A DNA stretch of 64,000 bases, taken from the NCBI GenBank assembly GCA_041736175.1, contig JBGSUI010000188.1, positions 8,717 through 72,716 of the forward strand, in the 5' to 3' direction. How positions within the stretch are numbered: position 1 is the stretch's first letter; each line of letters begins with the position of its first letter. Origin of the DNA: Oligoflexales bacterium (GTDB lineage: Bacteria > Bdellovibrionota_B > Oligoflexia > Oligoflexales > CAIYRB01). This document shows, piece by piece, positions 17,819 to 27,091 of this stretch. The position numbers and the translations under genes were made by a program. The notes under the pieces were generated by a model that saw only the letters and a program-made list of their open reading frames with translations, was not told the DNA's origin and searched no databases.

Positions 17819-20506
17819 ATGGATCTTAAGGCAGAACGCAGCTATTTCGAAGGGTCACCGGAGCAGGTGGCCACTCTTCTCGAAACCGATTTAGTCCTTG
17901 GCCTCCCTCTGGACCAAGTTTCCGAGAGGGCCAAAACATATGGGCCCAACGCCCTAAAAGTGGGAGACCGAAAAAACCCCTTCTTGATGTTCTTAAAGCA
18001 GTTTAAGGATTTGTTGATTCTTATCCTTATTGCCGCAGCTTTAGTGACCGCACTCCTGGGAGAGACCACCGACTTTTTTGTTATTTTAGGGATTGTGATA
18101 CTCAACGGACTATTGGGATTTTTCCAGGAGTATCGCACCGAAAAGACTATGCAATCTTTGGCCAAACTGACGCCCCAAAAAGCGCTGGTCCAAAGACAAT
18201 CCGGCAAAACTAAATCACATGAAAAACAAATCATCAGCGCCGCTGACCTAGTCCCAGGGGACCTGGTTTTTCTAGAAGCGGGTGACCGCATCCCTGCAGA
18301 CCTAAGGCTGATCACCACGACAAATCTGACCATAAACGAATCCCTGCTCACGGGAGAATCGGTCCCAATCCTCAAGAATCACCAAGGGCTACCAAAAAAA
18401 AACCTAGCTCTGGGAGATCAAGTCAACCTCGCTTTCAGTGGAACCTTTGTCACTAGCGGGCATGGATCGGGCCTGGTTTACGCCGTGGGTCAAAAAACCG
18501 AACTCGGCAAGATCGCCCATTTAGTGGAGCAAGGGAATGCTGGGCTGACGCCTTTGCAAATGCGGCTCAATCAACTTGGCAGGCGAATTGCCGCCGTCGT
18601 TGGAGTCCTTTGCTGCCTTTACTTTGGCTTTGGTTTTCTTCGGGGCAATGATCCCTTAATTATCTTTATGACCGCCATAAGCCTCGCTGTTGCAGCCATT
18701 CCCGAAGCCTTACCCGCTGTCATTACCCTTATGCTCGCTCTTGGCGCAAGACGCATGGCGAGACAAAAGGCTTTGGTCAAAAGTTTACCCGCAGTGGAAA
18801 CTTTAGGATCAGTCACCTATATCTGTACGGATAAGACAGGGACCTTAACCGAAAATAAAATGCAAGTTCAAAGCCTCTTGATAGCGACTCCTGAGGGGCC
18901 AAGCAGGCTGGTTTTAGCCAGTGATTTTAAAAATCGTGAAGAGCCAAGCTCCCTCGCCCTACTCCAAGCCATGGCCCTCAACCAAAATTGTGAACTCAGT
19001 CGCGAGGGCGTCCTCTTAGGTGATCCCACAGAAATTGCTCTGGCTGTCTTTGCTCAAAATCAAGGTCTTAAGCGGTCTGAGCTAGAGTTGGAGACACCTA
19101 GGATTGGCGAACTCCCCTTTGCATTTAACACAAGATTTATGGTGACAGCCCATCAACAGAGTGAGGGGATAGGGAAGAGTGGAGTCCAAAAATCTACTTT
19201 ACTAATTGTAAAGGGTGCAGCTGAAGCTGTGATCAAGCTGCTCCCACCGCACCAGCAACAGGGGTGGAGTGATGCAGCCAATCATCTTGCCACCCTTGGC
19301 CTCCGGGTTTTGCTTTATGCCACCACAGAGACCGAGCAAGTTAAGTTGCCTTTAGAGTTGGCCCAAATTTCCCAATACAGCTTTCAGCCCATAGGACTCG
19401 TTGGGCTCGAAGATCCACCGCGCCAAGAGGTTGCAGAGTCCATCGCCAAATGCCACCGAGCAGGGATCAAGGTCGTTATGATGACGGGGGATCACCCATT
19501 GACAGCCAGGGGGATTGCGCTCAAAACAGGCCTTATCCACGACAGCATGTCCCTGGAGCATCAAAAGGTGACCCTTGGCTCAGAGTTGGACAACCTACCC
19601 GACGACGTCTTAACTGATACGATCCACAACACCAGGGTCTATGCCCGCGTCAACCCTGAACAAAAAATCAGGATTGTAGAACACCTTCAAAAACAAGGTG
19701 AGTTTGTGGCGATGACAGGGGACGGTGTCAATGACGCCCCCGCTCTCAAACGAGCCAATATTGGAATCGCTATGGGTCTTAGTGGAACCGATGTGGCACG
19801 GGAAGCCTCCCAGATGGTTCTTTTGGACGATCATTTTGAAACCATTGTGGTGGCCATTAAAGAAGGTCGACGCATCTATGACAATATTCGAAAGTTTGTT
19901 CGCTACAGTTTAACAACTAACTCCGGTGAGCTTGGAACCATGTTGTTGGCCCCCTTCTTTGGGCTTCCTATACCACTGTTGCCAATCCATATCCTGTGGA
20001 TTAATCTTATCACCGATGGGCTTCCTGGACTTTCTCTTATCGGTGAAAAAGGCGAGCCCGACATTATGGACCGTCCACCTCAAAACCCTAAAGAAAGTAT
20101 ACTGGCAAGGGGCCTGTGGCAGCATGTGCTTTGGGTGGGAATCCTTTTGGCCGCGATCAATATCGGCACGGCAGCTTGGTTTTATTTCGATGGTTCTCCA
20201 AGGTGGCAAACCGTGGTTTTCACCACCGTGACATTGAGCCAATTAGGGCACCTCCTAGGGATTCGGTCCAGATCCAGAACCATCTTTAGTAAAGATTTTT
20301 TCACTAATCCTTGGCTTTTGGCCAGCATCCTTTGGGCTGTTTCCATGCAACTCCTCGTTATCTACCATCCGACCCTCAATCGAATTTTTAAAACCACGCC
20401 TCTATCGATTTCTGAGTTTAGTCTTGCTGGAGGATTTGCTGTCATAGTTTTAGTGGCTGTAGAACTAGAAAAGCGCTGGCATTGCCGAAAAATGCGCCTC
20501 ATTTAA
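17819..20506 (+). CDS. cation-transporting P-type ATPase (P2-type, Ca2+-ATPase-like)
   Basis: TGES, PEALPAVIT, the phosphorylation site ICTDKTGTLTENKM, MMTGDHPLTA and the hinge MTGDGVNDAPALKRANIGIAMG. AGGAGG RBS. Confidence 0.9.
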   Translation: MDLKAERSYFEGSPEQVATLLETDLVLGLPLDQVSERAKTYGPNALKVGDRKNPFLMFLKQFKDLLILILIAAALVTALLGETTDFFVILGIVILNGLLGFFQEYRTEKTMQSLAKLTPQKALVQRQSGKTKSHEKQIISAADLVPGDLVFLEAGDRIPADLRLITTTNLTINESLLTGESVPILKNHQGLPKKNLALGDQVNLAFSGTFVTSGHGSGLVYAVGQKTELGKIAHLVEQGNAGLTPLQMRLNQLGRRIAAVVGVLCCLYFGFGFLRGNDPLIIFMTAISLAVAAIPEALPAVITLMLALGARRMARQKALVKSLPAVETLGSVTYICTDKTGTLTENKMQVQSLLIATPEGPSRLVLASDFKNREEPSSLALLQAMALNQNCELSREGVLLGDPTEIALAVFAQNQGLKRSELELETPRIGELPFAFNTRFMVTAHQQSEGIGKSGVQKSTLLIVKGAAEAVIKLLPPHQQQGWSDAANHLATLGLRVLLYATTETEQVKLPLELAQISQYSFQPIGLVGLEDPPRQEVAESIAKCHRAGIKVVMMTGDHPLTARGIALKTGLIHDSMSLEHQKVTLGSELDNLPDDVLTDTIHNTRVYARVNPEQKIRIVEHLQKQGEFVAMTGDGVNDAPALKRANIGIAMGLSGTDVAREASQMVLLDDHFETIVVAIKEGRRIYDNIRKFVRYSLTTNSGELGTMLLAPFFGLPIPLLPIHILWINLITDGLPGLSLIGEKGEPDIMDRPPQNPKESILARGLWQHVLWVGILLAAINIGTAAWFYFDGSPRWQTVVFTTVTLSQLGHLLGIRSRSRTIFSKDFFTNPWLLASILWAVSMQLLVIYHPTLNRIFKTTPLSISEFSLAGGFAVIVLVAVELEKRWHCRKMRLI

Positions 20507-22650
20507 GCCACATTTTTAAGTATCGTTGTCGATACTGAAGGCAACTGGATCACAAATCTCGTGTTTGGGTGCTTGCTATCAAGGGTCAAACTCCCCTTAT
20601 GGCTCTCGATAATGCCAAGGGAAATACTGAGTCCTAGCCCTGTTCCTTTGCCGACAGGTTTTGTTGTGAAAAAAGGCTGAAGCATCTTTTCTGCGATGTC
20701 TGGTGGAATCCCTAGACCCGAGTCGGTGATTGTGATGCTACATTGGGTTCCATCATCCACAAGATCGATCTCAATCCATGGCTGTTCTGTCATGACTACG
20801 GCATCATACGCATTATTTAATAGGTTGACCAAAACTTGAGAAATCTGAACGGGCCGGCAGTAAATGCTTTGTTGACTATTCAAGCGCGCAGTCAGTCTGA
20901 TACCACTGGCATCCATGCGAGGTTTACAGAGATCCAAACAGTCTTCGACCAGTTTTAGAACCGGTATTTTTTCAATTGGGTCAGAGTCACCCGCTCTTGC
21001 AAAGGCCCTTAGCCCATCTATAATCTTGCTAATTCTCGAGACCGAGCGGCGCATAGCATCGATGGTCTTAGGAACAACTTTTGCGGCATCAGGGTGATCT
21101 ATCAGTCTACCCAGTTGTTGTAGATAACCATCGATGATGGCGAGGGGATTTTTAACCTCATGGGCAATCCCTGCTGCCATCTCTCCTAGAGAGGTAAGTC
21201 GGGAGGCCGTGACTAACTTGGACTGCTGGATTTTGGCATCATGCTCGAGTCTATATTGCTCACTTAGGTCGCGGATAAAGGCCGTAAAAATCTTGCTTCC
21301 ACTCGGAAGATGGATAGCAACGAGAGAAAGCTCGATGGGAAATTCTCGACTGCTTGCATGTTTGCCCGGTAATCTAAGTCTTTTGGAGATTTTATCCGTC
21401 CGTTGATCAGATAGATATTTTTGAAAAGCCTTCCGATGGGCGGCCTTGTGGGTGTCGGGGATAATGGTATGTTCGAGAGACTTTCCGATCACGCTTTCTT
21501 TGGCCAATCCAAAAATCGCTTCCGCAGCGGGATTAAATTCTAAAATAGTTCCTGTTTCATCCGCTGAAATAATGGCATCGATGGCACCCTGTAAAGCCAT
21601 CTCCCTACGCATCGAGATCTCAAATATCTGTTTGGAAGTGATCTCATTGAGACTTTGCATTCGTTTTATCCTATTGACCGAATAAACCGTCAGGAGAACG
21701 CTGAATCCCCAAAGCAAAAGAGCAGTTAATAATGACCAGTTACGAAATTTTTCCAGGATCCCCATCCTGATTTCAAGCAGTGTGGTCAGCTCGGCATGGG
21801 AGATCGACCAGAAAGACTTTAGACTGTCCATCGAAAGTATCAAATCGCGGTGAAGTTCATCGGGTTTCTGATTTGTCTGGAGTCCCGAACTTAACTCTTG
21901 GAGTTTCTCAAGAAGACCTTGCAAAGACCCTGTAAGTCTGCCGCTTAAGGAAGGATTGACACCGTTAAAATTGGCGTCCTCCCGCAAGGCACTTGCGGTT
22001 TTCGTCTGCAAGGCTGGGATCACTTCATATTGAAGCAGGGCTAAAAGTCCTAATCCTTTTGACCAATTGGGCCGCATCGTATAGTCCCCTAGGACACCGG
22101 TGTCCAGGAGATAGGCAACGGCCCTAGGAATACAAATAACTGTAAGATCCATAAGATAATAGGTGTCCAATTCTGGATCTAGGATAAGATTGGAAGTGTC
22201 TCCTACATGGCGAATGAGCTCAAGCATATGCACTAGGGCTTTTATTAGATCGCTTGGATCAGGTTTAACGCTGATCTGCTCCATAAGATTCATGAGTTTT
22301 TTGGGGGCGAGATGCTCCCGCCCTCGAATAAACAAAGAATTGTCATCGGCCCCCACCTCGGACCCAAGCTCCTGATCGATATTTCTAAAGGCCGTCAGTG
22401 ATGAGATAAGATGAGCGTTATTTGGTTTGGAGGAACCTAGGAGGAGATCAACTGTCTGAAAAGCCATCAGCCCCAGGGGGTATAAGTACCTAAGTCCCTT
22501 GATTTCTTTTTCACTAAATTCGATCTGTGAATTCTTTGTATTTAAGAAAAACAAAAAAAGAAGCGTAATTGGTACTGAATAGACGATAGATACCAAGACT
22601 GGTAAACGAGATGTATTGATATATGATGGCTTTGGACTCATTATAATCAA
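20503..22650 (-). CDS. sensor histidine kinase: two-TM extracytoplasmic helical sensor, PAS, HisKA, HATPase
   Basis: H-box AAGIAHEVKNPLAII, N-box LLNNAYDA, and G-boxes DSGLGIP / GTGLGLS. A PAS-like region lies after the second TM. No response regulator gene is adjacent. Confidence 0.88.
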   Translation of the reverse strand: MIIMSPKPSYINTSRLPVLVSIVYSVPITLLFLFFLNTKNSQIEFSEKEIKGLRYLYPLGLMAFQTVDLLLGSSKPNNAHLISSLTAFRNIDQELGSEVGADDNSLFIRGREHLAPKKLMNLMEQISVKPDPSDLIKALVHMLELIRHVGDTSNLILDPELDTYYLMDLTVICIPRAVAYLLDTGVLGDYTMRPNWSKGLGLLALLQYEVIPALQTKTASALREDANFNGVNPSLSGRLTGSLQGLLEKLQELSSGLQTNQKPDELHRDLILSMDSLKSFWSISHAELTTLLEIRMGILEKFRNWSLLTALLLWGFSVLLTVYSVNRIKRMQSLNEITSKQIFEISMRREMALQGAIDAIISADETGTILEFNPAAEAIFGLAKESVIGKSLEHTIIPDTHKAAHRKAFQKYLSDQRTDKISKRLRLPGKHASSREFPIELSLVAIHLPSGSKIFTAFIRDLSEQYRLEHDAKIQQSKLVTASRLTSLGEMAAGIAHEVKNPLAIIDGYLQQLGRLIDHPDAAKVVPKTIDAMRRSVSRISKIIDGLRAFARAGDSDPIEKIPVLKLVEDCLDLCKPRMDASGIRLTARLNSQQSIYCRPVQISQVLVNLLNNAYDAVVMTEQPWIEIDLVDDGTQCSITITDSGLGIPPDIAEKMLQPFFTTKPVGKGTGLGLSISLGIIESHKGSLTLDSKHPNTRFVIQLPSVSTTILKNVA

Positions 22651-22705
22651 GGTATCGGATGAGTGCCAAAGTTCTTGATGGATTTAAAAGTACTTGGCCT
22701 TTAAA

Positions 22706-22762
22706 AATAAGGAAATTCATTGCGATAGACTGCCCTGCTACGCTATAAGGAGTCCGGTTTAG
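22706..22762. repeat. left copy of a ~57-bp direct repeat (attL-like)
   Basis: AATAAGGAAATTCATTGCGATAGACTGCCCTGCTACGCTATAAGGAGTCCGGTTTAG. The 46-bp core 22717-22762 differs from 25881-25926 at a single base. Confidence 0.9.
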
Positions 22763-22773
22763 CCAAACGTATT

Positions 22774-23022
22774 TCACCGGCGGATGTCTTCCATTAATTT
22801 AAGCACATCGAATGGACCGACGCCTTTTGCCATCCCGCACAAAGTTTCGAGCTGTTGCTCTATAGCTGCCGATTCTGCAGGTGACAATTGACGTTCGATC
22901 TGACCGGCGCTCTTTAGTGTTGAGGCAGTCAAGTTATGAATGAATTTAGCGACTTGCCTCTTTTTATCCTCAGACATCTTCTCAATAGCCAGGAAAAGCT
23001 CTTCGGCTAACCTGTTTTTCAT
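22774..23022 (-). CDS. hypothetical small acidic helical protein (82 aa from ATG 23022; 106 aa if 23094)
   Basis: ATG 23022 has GGAGGAAG 3 nt upstream. MKNRLAEELFLAIEKMSEDKKRQVAKFIHNL... I recognise no family with confidence. Confidence 0.45.
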   Translation of the reverse strand: MKNRLAEELFLAIEKMSEDKKRQVAKFIHNLTASTLKSAGQIERQLSPAESAAIEQQLETLCGMAKGVGPFDVLKLMEDIRR

Positions 23023-23270
23023 CACTTCCTCCCCATAGGGCATCGCACCTCTGTGGCTGGAGGGATCACCAGCCTTCTCCGTATCAATCGGCATATTTCT
23101 AAAACCCCTTAAAACTCAAATAGGTTTAATCTAAAAATCTAGGCCAACTCCCTAAAAATTATCACAAATCCCATTATTCGCCCACCGCCCAAATATATTT
23201 ATATGGGATCAAACTCTCTAGACGAGTGTGTCGTCCCGGGGCAAACCGCTTCGGAAAAGTCGGAAAAGGT

Positions 23271-23288
23271 GGACCCAGAGTTGGGTCC
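23271..23288 (-). terminator. hairpin downstream of the 115-aa ORF
   Basis: GGACCCA gagt TGGGTCC, a 7-bp perfect stem. The minus-strand downstream sequence is ACCTTTTCC. Confidence 0.3.
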
Positions 23289-23305
23289 AATTATGCCTAG
23301 CACCT

Positions 23306-23653
23306 TTACTTTGGGGCTCCATCTAAATTTTTATGATCACCCTTTTCTTTGCCTGGAAAGAAGTCTTTGATTTTGCCCCCGCTGTTAAAAAATTTTTGCA
23401 AAGACTGGAGATCTCCTTCTGAACCAGGACCTTCAAGGACTTTTAAAGCTTCAAGGTTTTCTGAATCGACCTTGTAGGTTCCATATTTGACTCTATAATT
23501 TTTCTGAATTTTATCGATCGAAACAACGACTAAATCACCTGGTTTTAGCCTGCGCTCATAAAACGAGGACTTGGGATCGACCACTACAATCTCTAAGGTG
23601 TCGGCGCAATTGCTTTCGTTGACCCAGCAGCAGCTCCAGATATCGCGAGCCAC
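23306..23653 (-). CDS. hypothetical protein (115 aa); coding status uncertain
   Basis: The ORF has only a GTG start, no visible SD and no internal Met. No recognisable motifs. Confidence 0.3.
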   Translation of the reverse strand: MARDIWSCCWVNESNCADTLEIVVVDPKSSFYERRLKPGDLVVVSIDKIQKNYRVKYGTYKVDSENLEALKVLEGPGSEGDLQSLQKFFNSGGKIKDFFPGKEKGDHKNLDGAPK

Positions 23654-23967
23654 AGGTATGATACGCTTCTTCGCAGAGAACTTGAAGCCGTTTGACGATA
23701 CGCATCAGACTCAACACCGGCGACATCATCGTTGGCACTATTGGATCGGTACAGCGCCAGAAATATTTGACACTACTTGTGCTGAGGCCAAAACCTAGGG
23801 AATCCGTTCTGCAGCAACCGCTTCGTCAATCTTGACTTGCTGACAGCTGACCCAATCGCCCTTTGTTCTTCTAAGGCGAAGAGATAGAGCAATCAATATC
23901 CTTTTTTTCGAACCAGCGGTAAATGGAAAGACTGGCTGGATAGCTTAAAAATCAGAAACAAATTCGC

Positions 23968-24846
23968 TTATCGAAACGAACCGAGCGCCCGTGCCACTTC
24001 GTGCTTGTGGCGACGATTGCACTCTGCCCAGCGAAGTTCGTCGGCGTCGAGCGCGGCAAGAAATGCAAATCGCTGCCGCACCTTGGCTTCCCAATCCGTG
24101 ATGTCCGCTGGATGAACGAGTACTCCGATCGGTGCCTTGGGAAAGTCCCCTGGGGATCTCTGAGCTAGGACATTGTCGGGTAGCAATGGCGCGGTGCCAC
24201 GTCCGTCGTCAACGACGTCGCCATAGACTTTTAGTACCCAAAGTCGTCTGACCAAGGCTTCCGGAAGAGGCCGAGTGGCGAACCATGCAAGGTCATACAG
24301 ATCCCTTGCGAGCGAGACCCGGCGGTACCGCGCCAATTTTTCTGCACAAGCCTCGGCCTCAGCTATGATGGGCAAGGCGCCAAGAGTAAAGTCATACTCG
24401 TCGTGGATCGGCATGCGCAATACAGGGACCCGTTCGGGGGGTAACGCGAGTGGTCGCCTCGCGCACTCAACACGCGCAATGCCCAAGACGTCACCCAGAA
24501 CCGGGTGGCTAACATCGAGCTGCCACGTGCGGGCGTCGTTGGACGGCTTCGACAAAGTGAAAGAAAAATCCCCAATGCGGGCATTGTTCATCGCATCACA
24601 GACATCAACGACATCATCCTCGTTCGGTACTGCAAGGTCGATATCGGTGGAAAAGCGCCCCTGATTGCCGATGCGGCATTTGCGTAGGCTTGTACCGCCC
24701 TTGAATGCGATGTCGTCACGATCAAATATACCGACCAACTCCAGTACGTGAAGGAGATGATCTTGGGCCACATCAAGCAGGGCCGGCACATAGGCATCTT
24801 GGCGAGTACTGGCATGACGAAGGATTAGAGCGCGCGTCAGTGGCAT
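23968..24846 (-). CDS. AbiEii/AbiGii-family nucleotidyltransferase toxin (type IV TA)
   Basis: IAFKGGTSLRKCRIGNQGRFSTDIDLAV matches the remembered PF08843 core (FKGGTAL.K....RFSEDLDF). It sits 5 nt downstream of an AbiEi-like gene. Confidence 0.75.
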   Translation of the reverse strand: MPLTRALILRHASTRQDAYVPALLDVAQDHLLHVLELVGIFDRDDIAFKGGTSLRKCRIGNQGRFSTDIDLAVPNEDDVVDVCDAMNNARIGDFSFTLSKPSNDARTWQLDVSHPVLGDVLGIARVECARRPLALPPERVPVLRMPIHDEYDFTLGALPIIAEAEACAEKLARYRRVSLARDLYDLAWFATRPLPEALVRRLWVLKVYGDVVDDGRGTAPLLPDNVLAQRSPGDFPKAPIGVLVHPADITDWEAKVRQRFAFLAALDADELRWAECNRRHKHEVARALGSFR

Positions 24847-24851
24847 TTGTC

Positions 24852-25718
24852 TTAGGCCTTCTTATTGGCGGTAAGCAGCGGCGCAACCACATGGTCGCTG
24901 ACGCCGGTCCTGGAGTCCCAATGCGCGGGTCCGGAGGTGCCGATCTTTGTTGCCTGCAAGGTCTTTGGTAGAAGGCTCAGCACGCCACGTTTACCACTCA
25001 GGCGCATCAAGTAGACAGCCCGTTGACGTGTCGCCCCCGTTGCTACCTCAAGGAGTGGAGCAAGCCGACTGAGATCAATATCGGCGCAGAAGTCAGCAAG
25101 CCTGCCGGCGAAATCAACCCATGCATCAAAGCTGGCCGGACGCGACGCGATCTGCACGAGGAGCGCCTCCGGGCCGAATCCCGGCAGACCTTCGGCCCAG
25201 TTCAAAAGGTCAAGGCCTCTCTTGCGGAGGAGTTTTATCGACGGCGCGAGAGCCTGCGACGAGAGCCCTTTCGGAAACAACGTAGTGACCCGGCTAACGC
25301 TACCCCGCAGAGCTTTGGGGAACGGAACGTGATCTTCGAGCCAAATGGCCGGACGATCCGGACGTCGATCAAGATATCCCAGGTGCCACGCCGCGCTAGA
25401 CCCAGCGAGAAAGAATCGAGCACTCGGTTTAGTCAGGCGCCAGCCGCGCAGGTCAATATAAGGGTCAGCAAGGGACTCCACACCAGGAGACAAGAACGCA
25501 TAAGCGCCATTGAAATGCGTCCGGCGGAGCCATCCTAGCCGGACAAGCCGCGACAGGGCCACCTCGGCTCCGACAGTGCATTGACTCTCCTCAAGATAGC
25601 AGGCGATGATTTCGCGTGTAACGACGGCGGGGGCACGCTGCACCATATGTGCAATGAGTCCAGCCGCCCACTTAGGTACGACCCGCGCAGCCGGATTTGC
25701 TGCTGAAAAAGACTGCAT
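24852..25718 (-). CDS. AbiEi-family antitoxin / transcriptional regulator (type IV TA)
   Basis: N-terminal wHTH pattern VVTREIIACYL...ALSRLVRLGWLRRTHFNGAYAFL (the L.RL...G.L.R...G.Y motif). 288 aa, immediately upstream of the AbiEii-like gene. Confidence 0.65.
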   Translation of the reverse strand: MQSFSAANPAARVVPKWAAGLIAHMVQRAPAVVTREIIACYLEESQCTVGAEVALSRLVRLGWLRRTHFNGAYAFLSPGVESLADPYIDLRGWRLTKPSARFFLAGSSAAWHLGYLDRRPDRPAIWLEDHVPFPKALRGSVSRVTTLFPKGLSSQALAPSIKLLRKRGLDLLNWAEGLPGFGPEALLVQIASRPASFDAWVDFAGRLADFCADIDLSRLAPLLEVATGATRQRAVYLMRLSGKRGVLSLLPKTLQATKIGTSGPAHWDSRTGVSDHVVAPLLTANKKA

Positions 25719-25868
25719 ATTTGCCCACTGTCAATTGAAGTCTGAATGCGCAACCTACTTAATAACTCAGACTCTGTTTCACAGTAAATCATACTGCGAA
25801 ATAAAGCCAACTTGCAACATTTAAATCATGAATTAGACCTCAATTCACAGTAACCGTGGCCGCAAGAG

Positions 25869-25926
25869 AATAAGGGAAAATCATTGCGATAGACTGCCCT
25901 GCTAAGCTATAAGGAGTCCGGTTTAG
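25869..25926. repeat. right copy of the ~57-bp direct repeat (attR-like)
   Basis: AATAAGGGAAAATCATTGCGATAGACTGCCCTGCTAAGCTATAAGGAGTCCGGTTTAG, ending 18 nt before the rlmN ATG. Confidence 0.9.
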
Positions 25927-25944
25927 GCATGGATAGAGTTCCTT

Positions 25945-27084
25945 ATGAAAATCTATAACATCCCCTTGAAATCCAGGAAAACACTAGTGATTTCGTCTTT
26001 TTATTCTCAAACTCGGGACCAACTAGCATCCCTCTGTGGGGCTCTAGGGGTTCCCTCTGTCCACGCTCTTGATCTCTATCGCGAAGCCTATAAGGGGCTT
26101 AACCACCAGCCCTGGTCACGACTAGGTTTGCCAAAGGTTTTAAAGGCTTACTGCCAAGAAAACTTTCTAGAAACCCCCAAAGTAAGGTTAAGCACCGGCA
26201 TCCTGTCGGGATACGACGGAAGCGTTAAATTTAGGGCTTTCTTACCATCCATCCTTGAGACTGCCCAAGATTCTCAAAAAGAACTGGTCGTCGAAACTGT
26301 CTTAATGCCAGAAAAAAAACGAATCACCCTGTGCGTGTCAACCCAGGTCGGGTGTGCCCAAGGGTGCGTGTTTTGTCATACGGGGCGTATGGGCCTTATT
26401 CGCAACCTCCTTGCCGCAGAGATTGTCGGCCAAATCCTAGCCGCCAAACAATGGATAAGAGATCACCCGGAGTGGCTACAGCAGGTAGGCCTAAAATCGG
26501 ACCAAACTATTTCTAATATCGTGTTTATGGGTATGGGCGAGCCCCTGGATAATGTCGATGAACTTATAACATCGATTGACATTATGACCGATCCTTATGG
26601 GCTCGCCTTAGGCTTACGGCATCTCTCGGTTTCCACAGCAGGGCATTTGGACGGCCTTAAAATACTCCTTTCCAGGGTAAAGGGTGTTCGTTTAGCTTTA
26701 AGCGTCCATAGCCCGGACGAAGTAAAACGGGGCAAAATCATGCCCATCCAAAAACGCTGGCCTCTAACAGATGTCGTGAATTACCTGGAAGAGGAGTTAC
26801 CATCCAATGGTGGCAGCGTCATGCTGCAATACACCTTGATCGCCGGTGTCAACGACTCCCTCCAGGAAGCTCAGGATCTAGTCCTTATAGCAAAACGACT
26901 CCAGGCCAAGGTCAATATCATTCCCCTGAATACCGTCGCTGTAAACCGCCTTAAATCCCCAACACAGATACAAGTGCAGACCTTTCGCGATGTCCTCCAT
27001 AAAGAGGGGGTCAGGGTTATGGTCCGCTACAGTAAGGGCCAAGATATCGCCGCGGCCTGCGGCCAGCTGGTTGTAGAGTCCTAG
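25945..27084 (+). CDS. rlmN: 23S rRNA/tRNA (adenine-C2)-methyltransferase RlmN (radical SAM)
   Basis: CVSTQVGCAQGCVFCHTGRMG (CxxxCxxC radical-SAM cluster), FMGMGEPLDN, LSVSTAG, and the C-terminal IAAACGQL catalytic Cys. Confidence 0.9.
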   Translation: MKIYNIPLKSRKTLVISSFYSQTRDQLASLCGALGVPSVHALDLYREAYKGLNHQPWSRLGLPKVLKAYCQENFLETPKVRLSTGILSGYDGSVKFRAFLPSILETAQDSQKELVVETVLMPEKKRITLCVSTQVGCAQGCVFCHTGRMGLIRNLLAAEIVGQILAAKQWIRDHPEWLQQVGLKSDQTISNIVFMGMGEPLDNVDELITSIDIMTDPYGLALGLRHLSVSTAGHLDGLKILLSRVKGVRLALSVHSPDEVKRGKIMPIQKRWPLTDVVNYLEEELPSNGGSVMLQYTLIAGVNDSLQEAQDLVLIAKRLQAKVNIIPLNTVAVNRLKSPTQIQVQTFRDVLHKEGVRVMVRYSKGQDIAAACGQLVVES

Positions 27085-27091
27085 CCAAGAC

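Larger units (their letters stand above)
22706..25926. mobile_element. putative integrated or decayed genomic islet bounded by direct repeats (no recombinase gene)
   Basis: The direct repeats flank 3.1 kb lying between the divergent histidine kinase and rlmN genes. The cargo is two small ORFs plus a GC-rich AbiE cassette. I found no integrase or transposase ORF. Confidence 0.4.

Noticed and set aside
18394-18402. A9 homopolymer inside the P-type ATPase gene as a phase-variation switch
   Set aside because: The reading frame is intact through it (LPKKNL), there is a single tract, and no evidence of variation is available from one sequence.
23654-23967. Integrase or transposase remnant inside the repeat-bounded islet
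   Set aside because: I translated the minus strand by eye. Only short stop-interrupted frames appear (for example ..RILIALSLRLRRTKGDWVSCQQVKIDEAVAAERIP*), with no R..H..R..Y or DDE-type motif. This cannot be claimed without a sensitive search.
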